Below are positions 38,101 to 46,370 of a DNA stretch of 64,000 bases, one piece after another. Origin of the DNA: an uncultured Gemmatimonadota bacterium (lineage in GTDB: Bacteria > JAAXHH01); NCBI GenBank assembly GCA_951812955.1, contig OX638340.1:3648001-3712000 (forward strand), given 5' to 3'. Within the stretch, counting starts at the first letter, position 1. Each line of letters opens with the position of its first letter. A program made the position numbers and the translations under genes. Under the pieces are notes generated by a model. That model was not told where the DNA came from. It made no database searches and was given only the letters and a program-made list of their open reading frames with translations.

Positions 38101-38965
38101 CCGTATTCGCGTCGGCCTCCTTGAACAGGGCGATTTCCACGCTCTCCTGCCCGTTGATCCGGGTAACGGTCTTCCTTTCCTTATAGTGGCGCCGCACCGT
38201 CGCAAGGTCGTTCAGCCGGACAGGTACCTCGCCCCGGCCGGAGATGATGATTCCGCCGATTTCTTCAACCGACTGGAATTCGTTGACCGCGCGAACGATC
38301 AATTCCTCGTCGCCTTCCCGGAGTCGTCCGCCGGCCTGGTTGATGTTTTCGGCGGCTAGCCGGCTGTTGATGTTTTCGAAGGTGAGTCCCAGCCGCGTCA
38401 ACTGCGCTTCGTTGATCTCCACCTGTATTTCCTCGATCAGGCCCCCCTTCATGCGCACCGAGGCCACCCCGGGGATCGTCTCCAGTTCCCTGCGGATTTC
38501 CCAGTCCGCCAGGTTACGGAGCATGATCAGGTCTTCGCCGGACAGGCCGAGGCGCATGATCGGGTCGAGTTCGGGGTTGTATCGGAGCAGCAGCGGCCTT
38601 TCGGCGTCCTCTGGCAGGAAAACCCGGTCCACCCGCTCTCGGACGTCCATGACCGCGAGGTTCATATCCGCATCCCAGTCGAATTCCAGCACCACGTCGG
38701 AGATGCCGGCGCGTGAAATGGAGCTGACTTCGACCAGTCCGTTGATGACGCCTACGGCTTCCTCGATACGCCGGGAAATGAGGTTCTCGATCTCTTCAGG
38801 TGCGGCGCCTTCGTACTCGGTCCGTACGGTCAGCGAAGGATAGGAAATGTCGGGCAGCAGATTTACCGCGAGGCGGCCGAAGGAGACGTAGCCGAAAATC
38901 AGCGCCGCCAGCACCAGCATGGTGACGGTGACCGGCCTGCGGATGGCGAAGTCGACGATGGTCAT
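35168..38965 (-). CDS. RND efflux transporter permease (AcrB/MdtB-like), unusually large, with insertions
   Basis: 1265 aa. AcrB collinearity is clear, but three extra segments are present: an acidic low-complexity insert in periplasmic loop 1, a ~200 aa Arg/Trp/Phe-rich hydrophobic insert in the central cytoplasmic loop, and a polar insert in periplasmic loop 2. Confidence 0.9.
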   Translation of the reverse strand: MTIVDFAIRRPVTVTMLVLAALIFGYVSFGRLAVNLLPDISYPSLTVRTEYEGAAPEEIENLISRRIEEAVGVINGLVEVSSISRAGISDVVLEFDWDADMNLAVMDVRERVDRVFLPEDAERPLLLRYNPELDPIMRLGLSGEDLIMLRNLADWEIRRELETIPGVASVRMKGGLIEEIQVEINEAQLTRLGLTFENINSRLAAENINQAGGRLREGDEELIVRAVNEFQSVEEIGGIIISGRGEVPVRLNDLATVRRHYKERKTVTRINGQESVEIALFKEADANTVTVARAIKERLGDIGTRSGEEGDADEAGPADGGGNENAATDGTETTGPPVADERRTIVSTLPEGVSLYIISDQSRFIENAIDEVINTAQWGGVLAILVLFLFLRNLKSTLIVGVAIPVSVLITFILMFFSDTTLNIMSLGGLALGIGMLVDNAIVVLESIFRCREEGDSIVESARRGASEVGMAVTASTLTTIAVFFPIVFIEGVAGQIFTDQALTVTFALLASLAVALTFIPMMASREGGTGGAAGAGLWIQAAYRDYRRSAPEERGRAWRWFPRKARKDTGAWFIGTFPGLTWFGETARRFRTRKDDGPSRANWIVFYPVYLAGRFFVLVWRWLKGCVVQGRDTIGHEGRIRWLLSAAGRVPRWIAVFAFRFILPFFRLIRFLVGSLFKILFTVVPNVLALVLTPVWLLVRAVFWLLGKIVHPVLNLFNLAISKCQDIYVMVLSRALEHRFVTMLFVAGIVATSAVLVPRLGTELIPELEQGEFAVDLILPSGTPLATTDTTATRIETLIRDDPAIEQVYVVVGAVESGGTLVEEERENIARVAVMLRQESVRQQGSDDVMERLRSRLADIPEVRMEFVRPALFSFKTPLEVEIRGYNLRDLRSVSGQVVESLEDLEGLRDARSLMEAGHPEVVVVFDRDRMAALGVDIGQAADAIRNKVRGSVATRFSAGDRKIDILVRAREEDRTEIAQLKALAVNARSRGNTNTEDMADQNAFGEDPESSNDRSSQPAAERGAVPLSAVAQVHLDEGPSEIRRIDQQRVALVTANLTGIDLGSVARGIQDRLAGLPLPADFNIDLGGQYREMNTASRSMLLAIAMAVFLVYLVMASQFESLIHPFIVMFSFLLALSGVLVALYLLDITISVVVLIGIIMLAGIVVNNAIVLVDYINRLRRRGEDRINAVITAGRVRLRPIMMTTATTVLGLLPLALGIGEGAEIRTPLAITVIAGLISSTVLTLIVIPVVYTLLDRKPDVNA

Positions 38966-38983
38966 GGAGGGTGTTTCCGAGAA

Positions 38984-40087
38984 TCAGGGCGTTACGATCT
39001 TGACCCGCGTGCTGTCCTTCATGCTTCGGTGCCCGGCGATGACGATCCGGTCACCGGGATTCAGCCCTTCTTCAATCTCTACGAAATCGGCGTCCTGCAA
39101 GCCCAGGCTGAGTTCGGCGCGGACCGCCAGGCTGTCGTCCACCACGGTAAAGACGTTGTTGTCGTCCAGCAAGGCGATCTTGGGAATCAGCAGGACGTCC
39201 ATGTGCTGGTCGGCGAGTATCTTGACGCGGACGAACATGCCGGGTTTCAAACGCCAGCCGGGGTCGTTAATCCGAATCGTTACCTTGAAGGTGCCGTTCT
39301 GCGGGTTGATGATGGGACTTACGCGGAAGATCTTCCCTCCGAATTCACCGTCGGGAAGGGTATCGGTTTCAAGCACGACGTCCTGGCCCGCGGACACGTG
39401 GGCCCACTCCATCTCAGGCAGGTACGTGTAAATCAGCAGGGTGTTCAGATCCACCAGGGTGAAGAGGGCGTCGCCCGTCCTGGCCATGTTGCCCACATTG
39501 AGATGCCGTTCGGTTATCGTGCCGCTGAAAGGAGCCTTGATAGTGGTTTTGTCGTACGACACCTTGGCGGACTCCCAGTCCGCCTGGGCCATGATGTACT
39601 CACGTTCCTTGCCTTCGTGGTCCACTTCGCTGATGAGCTCGCCTTCCAGCAGGGCGACAGACCGGTCGAACTCCTGCTTCCGAGCCTGTCTGATCGCCTC
39701 CGCCCGTGCCAGGGCGACTTCTTCCTCGGCATGTTCCAGGACGGCCAGCGTCTGGCCCTGCTTAACGTGGTCCCCCTCCTGAACCAGGATATTCTCGATC
39801 ATCGCGGTGGTTCGCGGGAATATGCGGGCGTCGCGGTCCGCTTCCACCGTGGCGGTCGTCAGGATGACGTCGGAAATGGTACCCAGGGAAGCGGAAATCA
39901 CGTTCACGGGGACGGGGGGCGGAGCGGTGGAATCCGCCTCGGCCTCGCCTTTCTTGCCTTCGTCCGGGCTATCACCCGTGCCGGAACTGGCGTCGCCGCA
40001 TCCGGAAGCGACGAAGGCCGCGAAGATCACAAGGAGGAACAGCCGGTGTAACTTCATTCCGCTAAGACTGGATCGCATCTGCCTCAT
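38984..40087 (-). CDS. RND efflux periplasmic adaptor subunit (membrane fusion protein, HlyD/AcrA family), probable lipoprotein
   Basis: The signal ..MKLHRLFLLVIFAAFVASGC contains a lipobox. Biotinyl-like beta-barrel and coiled-coil hairpin blocks follow. The ATG at 40087 has AGGGAG upstream; 40057 is an alternative start. Confidence 0.85.
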   Translation of the reverse strand: MRQMRSSLSGMKLHRLFLLVIFAAFVASGCGDASSGTGDSPDEGKKGEAEADSTAPPPVPVNVISASLGTISDVILTTATVEADRDARIFPRTTAMIENILVQEGDHVKQGQTLAVLEHAEEEVALARAEAIRQARKQEFDRSVALLEGELISEVDHEGKEREYIMAQADWESAKVSYDKTTIKAPFSGTITERHLNVGNMARTGDALFTLVDLNTLLIYTYLPEMEWAHVSAGQDVVLETDTLPDGEFGGKIFRVSPIINPQNGTFKVTIRINDPGWRLKPGMFVRVKILADQHMDVLLIPKIALLDDNNVFTVVDDSLAVRAELSLGLQDADFVEIEEGLNPGDRIVIAGHRSMKDSTRVKIVTP

Positions 40088-40139
40088 TTTCGCTCCCTGT
40101 AACAACCTGAATCGACCTCTTGAATTATACGCGAGTCAC

Positions 40140-40260
40140 GTATTGTATACATCATTTAATGACTTCAATTCAAAGGAAGTTCCCGTTAAACTGTACGTAA
40201 GACTTCCGAATGTGGAGTTAAGTTACAGAAAGTTCGGACTTAAACTGTCTGCGCTCCGGA
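40140..40260. promoter_or_regulatory. AT-rich leader upstream of the MFP-RND-RND operon with 9-bp direct repeat TTAAACTGT x2 and a TCCGAA/TTCGGA inverted pair
   Basis: Local G+C is far below the genome background. The direct repeats are at 40186-40194 and 40240-40248. This is a putative promoter/operator; no regulator gene is adjacent. Confidence 0.25.
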
Positions 40261-40476
40261 TTACGCCGCATGTTGTTGGACGGACGGTGTCTTTTTCCGG
40301 TTTACGCTACGGCCAGCCGAGATTCGAAGTACAGGTCCATTACCCGGCGACCGCTGGCGACCTCGGCAGGAACAGCGATGGGGGCGTCGGAAACGTACTC
40401 GCTGGAGTATCAATTCCCGTGGGCAGGCAGGGAAAGAAAAACGCCATCGTCAAGCGCGGCTGAAACGGCACTACCC

Positions 40477-41316
40477 TCATCCGGCCGCCGCCAGCAACCG
40501 CTCCATGTTACCGCCCAGGACGAGGTCCATATCCGCCTTTGCAATGAATGAACAGTGCGTTCGGACGGCTTCCAGCGAATGCTGATAGGTGCTCGCCCGC
40601 GCGACCGGCGGGTAGTTGGACGCCCAGCACATGCGTTCCGGGCCGTAAGCCTCATAGAGCTTGCGTACGATCCACATGCAGTCCGAATAGGGATATTCCC
40701 ACGCGGTCTCCGAGGTGTATTGAAAGCCGGACAGCTTGATGTGGATATTGGGTACGTCAGCGGAGTTCAAAACCTCCTGGAGCAACGGACGCGGCGGAGG
40801 TTCTCCGACCTTCAAACTGGCCATGTGATGGCATAGGAAAGGTACCGTCGGAAACCGGCGCGCGAGCTTTCGCAGGGCGGGCATCCAGGCCGGACTTAGA
40901 GCCAGGGACGCGATCTGGTTGAGTTCGGCAGCTTGCTCGAAAAACGCGAGTCCTTCACTGGATTCGAACCAGTCAAAGTCGTCCCGGAGATAGTGGGTAA
41001 ATCCCTTCAACCGGTATTTTTCGACGGCCTCCGCAAGCCTTCCCGCACCCCCCGGTGTATGGTAGGTGTCGGTCCAGCCGCAGTCCACGTCGGCGAACTG
41101 GACGAACCGGTCCGGGTACCGGCGGACGCAATCCGCCCCGTAGTCGTTGTTCCCGGGATTGTGTTCGATCCGGGCGCAGACCAGCACCGCCTTGTCCACC
41201 CCCACCGTGTCCATTTCATAAAGCAGCATCTCCGCCCGGCCCCGGTTCTCCGGATCCGGGACTGCCGGTTCGTAGGGCCAGAAGTCCCATGCATGGGAAT
41301 GACAGTCGATGATCAT
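40477..41316 (-). CDS. Amidohydrolase-2 family TIM-barrel metal-dependent hydrolase
   Basis: MIIDCHSHAW is a metal-binding His-x-His start. Amidohydro_2 collinearity. Confidence 0.75.
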   Translation of the reverse strand: MIIDCHSHAWDFWPYEPAVPDPENRGRAEMLLYEMDTVGVDKAVLVCARIEHNPGNNDYGADCVRRYPDRFVQFADVDCGWTDTYHTPGGAGRLAEAVEKYRLKGFTHYLRDDFDWFESSEGLAFFEQAAELNQIASLALSPAWMPALRKLARRFPTVPFLCHHMASLKVGEPPPRPLLQEVLNSADVPNIHIKLSGFQYTSETAWEYPYSDCMWIVRKLYEAYGPERMCWASNYPPVARASTYQHSLEAVRTHCSFIAKADMDLVLGGNMERLLAAAG

Positions 41317-41398
41317 GGTTGTATTCTCCTTTGTTCAGGTACGCGCCAAGGGTTTCTGTTGCTTCTGTTCGGGTTTCCGTGGCCGGGGATATCCGTAT

Positions 41399-42283
41399 TC
41401 AATTCCGATTGACTACCCAGAGTCCGGCCGCCAGCAGCGCCAGGCCGCCGGTGAGGTACGTGGTCACCTGGTCGCCGAGGATCAGCCAGCTCAGGAGGAC
41501 GCCGAAAAGGGGTGTCGTGAAGAAAAAAGCGCTGATCTGCGTGGCGCTGTGACGCTGCAGCAGCCGTATCCATACGAGAAAGCAGAAACCGGCCACGATG
41601 GCGCCCTGGTACAGCACCGCGGCTACGATGCCAAGGTCTATCGTGACCGGGAGGTGCCATTCGGTCGATATCCAGAGTATGGTGAATATTGGCAGCACGA
41701 CCACCTGTTGCCAGAAGATCACCGCCACGGGGGAGATGCGCCTGACCAGCACCTTGTTGATCATGATCTGGATGGCCAGGCTGACGGAGCTGAGCAGGAC
41801 AAGCACATCGCCCAGGGGTGTCGAAGGACCGCCCGCTTCATCATAAATGGTCAACACCATGCCGCCGCCGGCCAGGACCAGGCCGACAAGCTTCATCGGT
41901 GTCAGGCGATCGCCTGGAATGATGAAATGAGCGATCCCGGCGACGACGAACGGGTAGGTCTGCATAAACAGGACGGCGTGGCTTCCCGAGGTCTGTTCCG
42001 CGCCGATATTCAGGAACAGGATCTGCGCGGCCATGACGAGGGCGGGCACGGCGATGATCAGGCGGTCGCCCCGTGCCACGTAGAGCGAGACGCCGGCCAG
42101 CCGCGTCCACGTGTAGACGCACACCAGGGCTACGCCGAATCGCAAGACCGCCAGGAGGACCGGCGGGATGCCCTCCAGCCCCACTTTTACCGACACGACC
42201 AGGCCGCCCCAGAGCGTACACAGCATCAGTACGAGCAGCACGGGTCTCGTAGTCAGCGGCTGGTTTTCGTCGATATGGCTCAC
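41399..42283 (-). CDS. DMT-superfamily (EamA-type) transporter
   Basis: 10 TM helices in two EamA repeats. The start at 42283 is a GTG. Confidence 0.8.
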   Translation of the reverse strand: MSHIDENQPLTTRPVLLVLMLCTLWGGLVVSVKVGLEGIPPVLLAVLRFGVALVCVYTWTRLAGVSLYVARGDRLIIAVPALVMAAQILFLNIGAEQTSGSHAVLFMQTYPFVVAGIAHFIIPGDRLTPMKLVGLVLAGGGMVLTIYDEAGGPSTPLGDVLVLLSSVSLAIQIMINKVLVRRISPVAVIFWQQVVVLPIFTILWISTEWHLPVTIDLGIVAAVLYQGAIVAGFCFLVWIRLLQRHSATQISAFFFTTPLFGVLLSWLILGDQVTTYLTGGLALLAAGLWVVNRN

Positions 42284-42368
42284 CCGGGCCGGCCTTTTGC
42301 GGGAGGTAGACAGCGAGAGGAAACGGCAGGGCGTGATTATACGGCCTCAGAATGCATGGAGGCAATGT

Positions 42369-43418
42369 TTAAGTTCGGGGCCGGGCATCCATGCGCTGGA
42401 AACGCAGGGCCACGTTGACCAGCGCGATCATGACCGGTACTTCAACGAGCGGGCCGATGACGGCCGCGAAGGCCACGCCTGATTCGATGCCGAAGACCGC
42501 CACGGCCACCGCGATGGCCAGTTCGAAGTTATTGCTTGCGGCGGTGAAAGAGAGCGTGGCGTTCTTCGAATAGTCCGCGCCGATCTTCCGTCCCATCCAG
42601 AAGGTGATCAGGAACATGAGCACGAAATAGACCAGGAGGGGCAGGGCGATGCGGATCACGTCCAGTGGGATGGCCACGATCGTGTCGCCCTTCAGGCTGA
42701 ACATGACCACGATGGTGAACAGCAACGCGGCCAGGGTAATGGGGCTGATGCGGGGTATGAAGGCCGTCTCGTACCACGGCCTCCCCTTGATCCGCAGCAG
42801 GATCAGGCGCGTCGCCATGCCGCCGAAGAACGGGATGCCCAGGTAGATCAAAACGCTTTCCGCGATCTGTACGATCGTAACCGGAACGACACTCCCCTCC
42901 AGTCCGAAATAGGGCGGCAGGACCGTAATGAAGACGTAGGCGTACACGCTGTAGAAGAACACCTGGAACAGGCTGTTCAAGGCTACGAGGCCGGCGGCGT
43001 ACTCCGTGTTTCCCTTCGCCAGTTCGTTCCACACGATGACCATGGCGATGCACCGGGCCAGGCCGATCAGGATCAGGCCGGTCATGTATTCGGGATGTCC
43101 GGGCAGGAAGAGCGCCGCGAGACCGAACATCAGTATGGGGCCCACGATCCAGTTCAGGAAAAGGGACGCGCCGAGGATCCGCACGTTTCGGAACACGTCC
43201 CCCAATTCCTCGTACTTCACCTTGGCCAGCGGTGGATACATCATCAGAATGAGCCCGATAGCGATAGGCAGGTTGGTCGTGCCCACCTGTCCCAGCTGGA
43301 TCAGGGCGGGAACCTCCGGCGTCCACACCCCGAGGCCGACGCCCAGGCCCATGGCCAGGAAGATCCACAGGGTCAGGTAACGATCGCGCAACGATAGTCG
43401 TTTCGTCGTGGATTCCAT
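42369..43418 (-). CDS. acr3: ACR3-family arsenite efflux permease
   Basis: 349 aa, collinear with ACR3/ArsB-type BART-superfamily carriers (..LAKVKYEEL..). It is the terminal gene of the arsR-arsC-acr3 operon. Confidence 0.85.
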   Translation of the reverse strand: MESTTKRLSLRDRYLTLWIFLAMGLGVGLGVWTPEVPALIQLGQVGTTNLPIAIGLILMMYPPLAKVKYEELGDVFRNVRILGASLFLNWIVGPILMFGLAALFLPGHPEYMTGLILIGLARCIAMVIVWNELAKGNTEYAAGLVALNSLFQVFFYSVYAYVFITVLPPYFGLEGSVVPVTIVQIAESVLIYLGIPFFGGMATRLILLRIKGRPWYETAFIPRISPITLAALLFTIVVMFSLKGDTIVAIPLDVIRIALPLLVYFVLMFLITFWMGRKIGADYSKNATLSFTAASNNFELAIAVAVAVFGIESGVAFAAVIGPLVEVPVMIALVNVALRFQRMDARPRT

Positions 43419-43462
43419 TTTTACTCTCTGGTTGATTTCCTAAGAGGACCTATGCCTGTCTT

Positions 43463-43620
43463 GTGCGATGAACCGTATACGCGTCATGATGAACGATATA
43501 GGCGTCATGATGAACGATATAGGCGTCATGATGAACGATATAGGCGTCATGATGAACGATATAGGCGTCATGATGAACGATATAGGCGTCATGATGAACG
43601 ATATAGGCGTCATGCGATCC
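43463..43620. repeat. Perfect 21-bp tandem repeat (GCGTCATGATGAACGATATAG x6, plus degenerate flanking copies) between arsC and acr3
   Basis: Six identical units at 43481-43606, a degenerate copy upstream, and a partial copy that overlaps the arsC stop codon. The nearest edge of the array is ~45 bp upstream of the acr3 ATG. Confidence 0.95.
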
Positions 43621-44263
43621 CGACCCGCTTGAACAGCCAACCCATCTCCCGACTGATCTCCCGGCATCGTTCGTCGTATATGTCAGTCTCCCGGTCCGTT
43701 CCGTCGGAGGACCTCGGATCTTTGTAGGGAATGAGTATACGTTTGTCGGCGCCGTATACCGCGGGACAGTTGCGGTCCGCGTCCGAACAGGTCAGGACCG
43801 CGCAGAAACGGTCCGGGGGGTTCGCGGGATCCAGGAAAGTCTTGGAGAACGCGCGCACCGGGGAAAGTTCTGCCCCGGGATGGACGAGGTAGACCGGGTT
43901 TTCTCCTGTCGAGTTTCGTTCGATCCGAAAACCCGCCCGGACCAGCGCCGATACGGCCCTCGGATCGAAAGCGGAGACTTCGGTGCCGCCCGAGAAGGCG
44001 GATATCATCGGTACGCCGAGAAAGCGCGCCATGGTCTGTGCCCAGATCTGCGCAATCTGACTCCTGCGGGAATTGTGGGTACAGATAAAGGTGAGCCGGG
44101 CCGGTTCGCCGCTTCCGATCTTCGCCGAGGCGTATGCAGCAACGGATTCCAGCTCCTTCCTTCGTTCTGTAGAGATCAGGCTGGATTCCGCCATGCGGGC
44201 CTTGAGATAGCGATGGAGGGCCGGGTACAAGGTGGTACAGGTATCGTGAGGGGGCGGTCTCAT
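43610..44263 (-). CDS. arsC: LMW-PTP-family thioredoxin-coupled arsenate reductase (ArsC) with variant P-loop and N-terminal extension
   Basis: The P-loop is CTHNSRRS (CX5R retained; canonical CTGNSCRS). The Cys82/Cys89-equivalent pair LTCSDADRNCP matches B. subtilis TLCGDAADKCP. The ATG at 44263 overlaps the arsR stop by an ATGA. Confidence 0.7.
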   Translation of the reverse strand: MRPPPHDTCTTLYPALHRYLKARMAESSLISTERRKELESVAAYASAKIGSGEPARLTFICTHNSRRSQIAQIWAQTMARFLGVPMISAFSGGTEVSAFDPRAVSALVRAGFRIERNSTGENPVYLVHPGAELSPVRAFSKTFLDPANPPDRFCAVLTCSDADRNCPAVYGADKRILIPYKDPRSSDGTDRETDIYDERCREISREMGWLFKRVGIA

Positions 44264-44688
44264 CGCTCCTCCCGCGAAAGCATGGACCGGTCGAAAAAAG
44301 CCGGATCTTCCCGGTCGTCTGCCTGGAGTTGGGCCAAGGAGGGCTGAGGCACGCAGATTTTGCCTTCACCGGCCAGTCCGCGCAACCGGTCCAGGTCCGC
44401 CAGGATCCGTTCGTGTACCTGCCGGGCGGAGACCAGGTAAACCGTCACGTATTTCAGGGCGATGGAAGAGTCTCTGGCCAGCGCGTAGTAGATCCAGACT
44501 CCGTCGCGGCGGCCCGTGAGCAGACCGGACTGCTTGAGCACGGCCAGGTGCCGGGAGATTTTGCCCTGGGGCATATCCAGCACGGCCATGATTTCGCACA
44601 CGCACAGTTCCCGCTCGGTCAGCAGGAACAGGATGCGGAGGCGCGTGGCGTCCGAACAGGCTTTGAATACGGCAAGATCGTTGTCCAA
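44260..44688 (-). CDS. arsR: ArsR/SmtB-family metalloregulatory repressor
   Basis: As(III)-site ELCVCEI motif within the wHTH. TTG start with GGAGACAGG upstream. Confidence 0.8.
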   Translation of the reverse strand: MDNDLAVFKACSDATRLRILFLLTERELCVCEIMAVLDMPQGKISRHLAVLKQSGLLTGRRDGVWIYYALARDSSIALKYVTVYLVSARQVHERILADLDRLRGLAGEGKICVPQPSLAQLQADDREDPAFFDRSMLSREER

Positions 44689-44731
44689 ATTCCTGTCTCC
44701 GATGCTGAAAGAAAGGATTATATCTTCATAA

Positions 44732-44754
44732 ACGAATATACGAATATAGATCTA
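44732..44754. promoter_or_regulatory. Candidate ArsR operator: 9-bp direct repeat ACGAATATA x2 overlapping the perfect 10-bp palindrome ATAGATCTAT
   Basis: Sits in the AT-rich 190 bp divergent spacer, 45-65 bp upstream of the arsR start. Confidence 0.3.
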
Positions 44755-44876
44755 TTTGTCAAGGGAAATGAAGCGATCGGTAATCGCCGGTATCGGTGGA
44801 CACCCGGCAACGCATGTTGTATATTAAGGAAGTCATTTGCGGGATCAACTCGATGTACGCTACACCCTGGAGAATC

Positions 44877-46349
44877 ATGCCGTCCCGTCCCCATGTCCTT
44901 CTCGTCTGTACCGATCACTGGCCGGGCAGGCTGTTCGGCCACGCGGGTCATCCGGTGGTCCAGACTCCGACCCTGGATACCCTCGCGCGCAGCGGTGTCC
45001 GGTATACCCGGGCCTACAGCGAATGTCCGGTGTGCATTCCCGCGCGAAGGACGCTCATGACCGGCACGACCACGGCCACACACGGCGACCGGGTGTTCAA
45101 GGTCGATGACCCCATGCCTCGGGTCCCGACCCTGGCACAGACCTTTCGGGACAACGGCTACCAGGCCTACGCGGTTGGCAAACTGCACGTGTACCCGCAG
45201 CGGGACCGGATCGGGTTCGACGACGTGGTCCTGGCGGAGGAAGGCCGTCCGAATATCGGCGCCCTGGACGATTACGAGGCCTTTCTCGGGGAAAGCGGAT
45301 ACGCCGGGGAGGGATTCACGCACGGCATGAGCAACAACGAGTACGGCCAACGTCCCTGGCACTTGCCCGAGGCCATGCACGTGACCAACTGGAACACGCG
45401 CCAGATGGCCCGTATGATACGCCGGCGCGATCCCACCCGGCCGGGGTTCTGGTACCTGTCCTACTGCCATCCCCATCCCCCGCTGACTCCGCTACAATGC
45501 TACCTGGACCTCTACCGCGACGAGCACCCAGGTGAGCCGTACTGCGGCGACTGGGCACGGGACCCCGACAGCCTGCCATATGCGCTGAAGGCGGTCCAGG
45601 GAAGATTCGGGGGCATGAGTGATGCCCAGGTCGCCTGGGCAAGACGGGCATTCTACGCCCTGTGCACCCATATAGACCACCAGCTGCGCGTGGTGATCGG
45701 CACGTTGCGGGAGGAAGGCCTGATAGACGACACGATCGTGCTCTTCACGGCCGACCACGGCGACATGCTGGGCGTCCACGGACTGTGGGCAAAGCGGCTT
45801 TACTACGAGCAATCCGCCAACGTGCCCATGATACTCGTGGCCCCGGCCGGCGACGACCGGGTCGGACACAACCGCGCGGACGGACGGCTCGTAGGCTGGC
45901 AGGACGTAATGCCCACGCTGCTGGACCTCGCGGGGCTCGATGTCCCGGATACGGTCGATGGCCTCTCCATGGCGGGCGAAGAGAAACGGGAATACCTGTA
46001 CGGAGAGTGCGGCGAAAACGCCCAGGCCACCCGCATGATGCATGACGGCCGGTACAAGCTGATCTATTACCCGGTGGGCAACCGTACACAGATGTTCGAC
46101 CTCGAGGAAGACCCGGACGAATGCCGCGATCTGTCCGAGTCGAACGACCACGCCCCAATCCTGCGCCGGCTTACGAAGCGGCTGGTGGATGAGATGGCCG
46201 ACCTGGATCCGGCGTGGTTCCGGGACGGACAACTGACCGGCCTGCCGGACCGCGAATACACGCTGCCGCCCAACCGGGGCCTGTCCGGCCAGCGGGGACT
46301 GCACTGGCCGCCGCCACCCATGGATCCGGGGTCGTCCTACGTCCCCTGA
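44877..46349 (+). CDS. Formylglycine-dependent sulfatase (arylsulfatase/choline-sulfatase family)
   Basis: LLVCTDHW at the N-terminus and C-x-P-x-R in SECPVCIPARRTLMTG, followed by ..LFTADHGDMLG... The ATG at 44877 has GGAGA 5 nt upstream. Confidence 0.85.
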   Translation: MPSRPHVLLVCTDHWPGRLFGHAGHPVVQTPTLDTLARSGVRYTRAYSECPVCIPARRTLMTGTTTATHGDRVFKVDDPMPRVPTLAQTFRDNGYQAYAVGKLHVYPQRDRIGFDDVVLAEEGRPNIGALDDYEAFLGESGYAGEGFTHGMSNNEYGQRPWHLPEAMHVTNWNTRQMARMIRRRDPTRPGFWYLSYCHPHPPLTPLQCYLDLYRDEHPGEPYCGDWARDPDSLPYALKAVQGRFGGMSDAQVAWARRAFYALCTHIDHQLRVVIGTLREEGLIDDTIVLFTADHGDMLGVHGLWAKRLYYEQSANVPMILVAPAGDDRVGHNRADGRLVGWQDVMPTLLDLAGLDVPDTVDGLSMAGEEKREYLYGECGENAQATRMMHDGRYKLIYYPVGNRTQMFDLEEDPDECRDLSESNDHAPILRRLTKRLVDEMADLDPAWFRDGQLTGLPDREYTLPPNRGLSGQRGLHWPPPPMDPGSSYVP

Positions 46350-46370
46350 AAGACCGACGGAGAACAGCTC

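Noticed and set aside
43440-43727. ORFs 43452..43727 (+) and 43440..43667 (-) encoding HDERYRR / MTPISFI repeats
   Set aside because: They are translation artefacts of the 21-bp tandem repeat. Because 21 nt is 7 codons, any frame stays open. They lie between arsC and acr3 and have no RBS logic.
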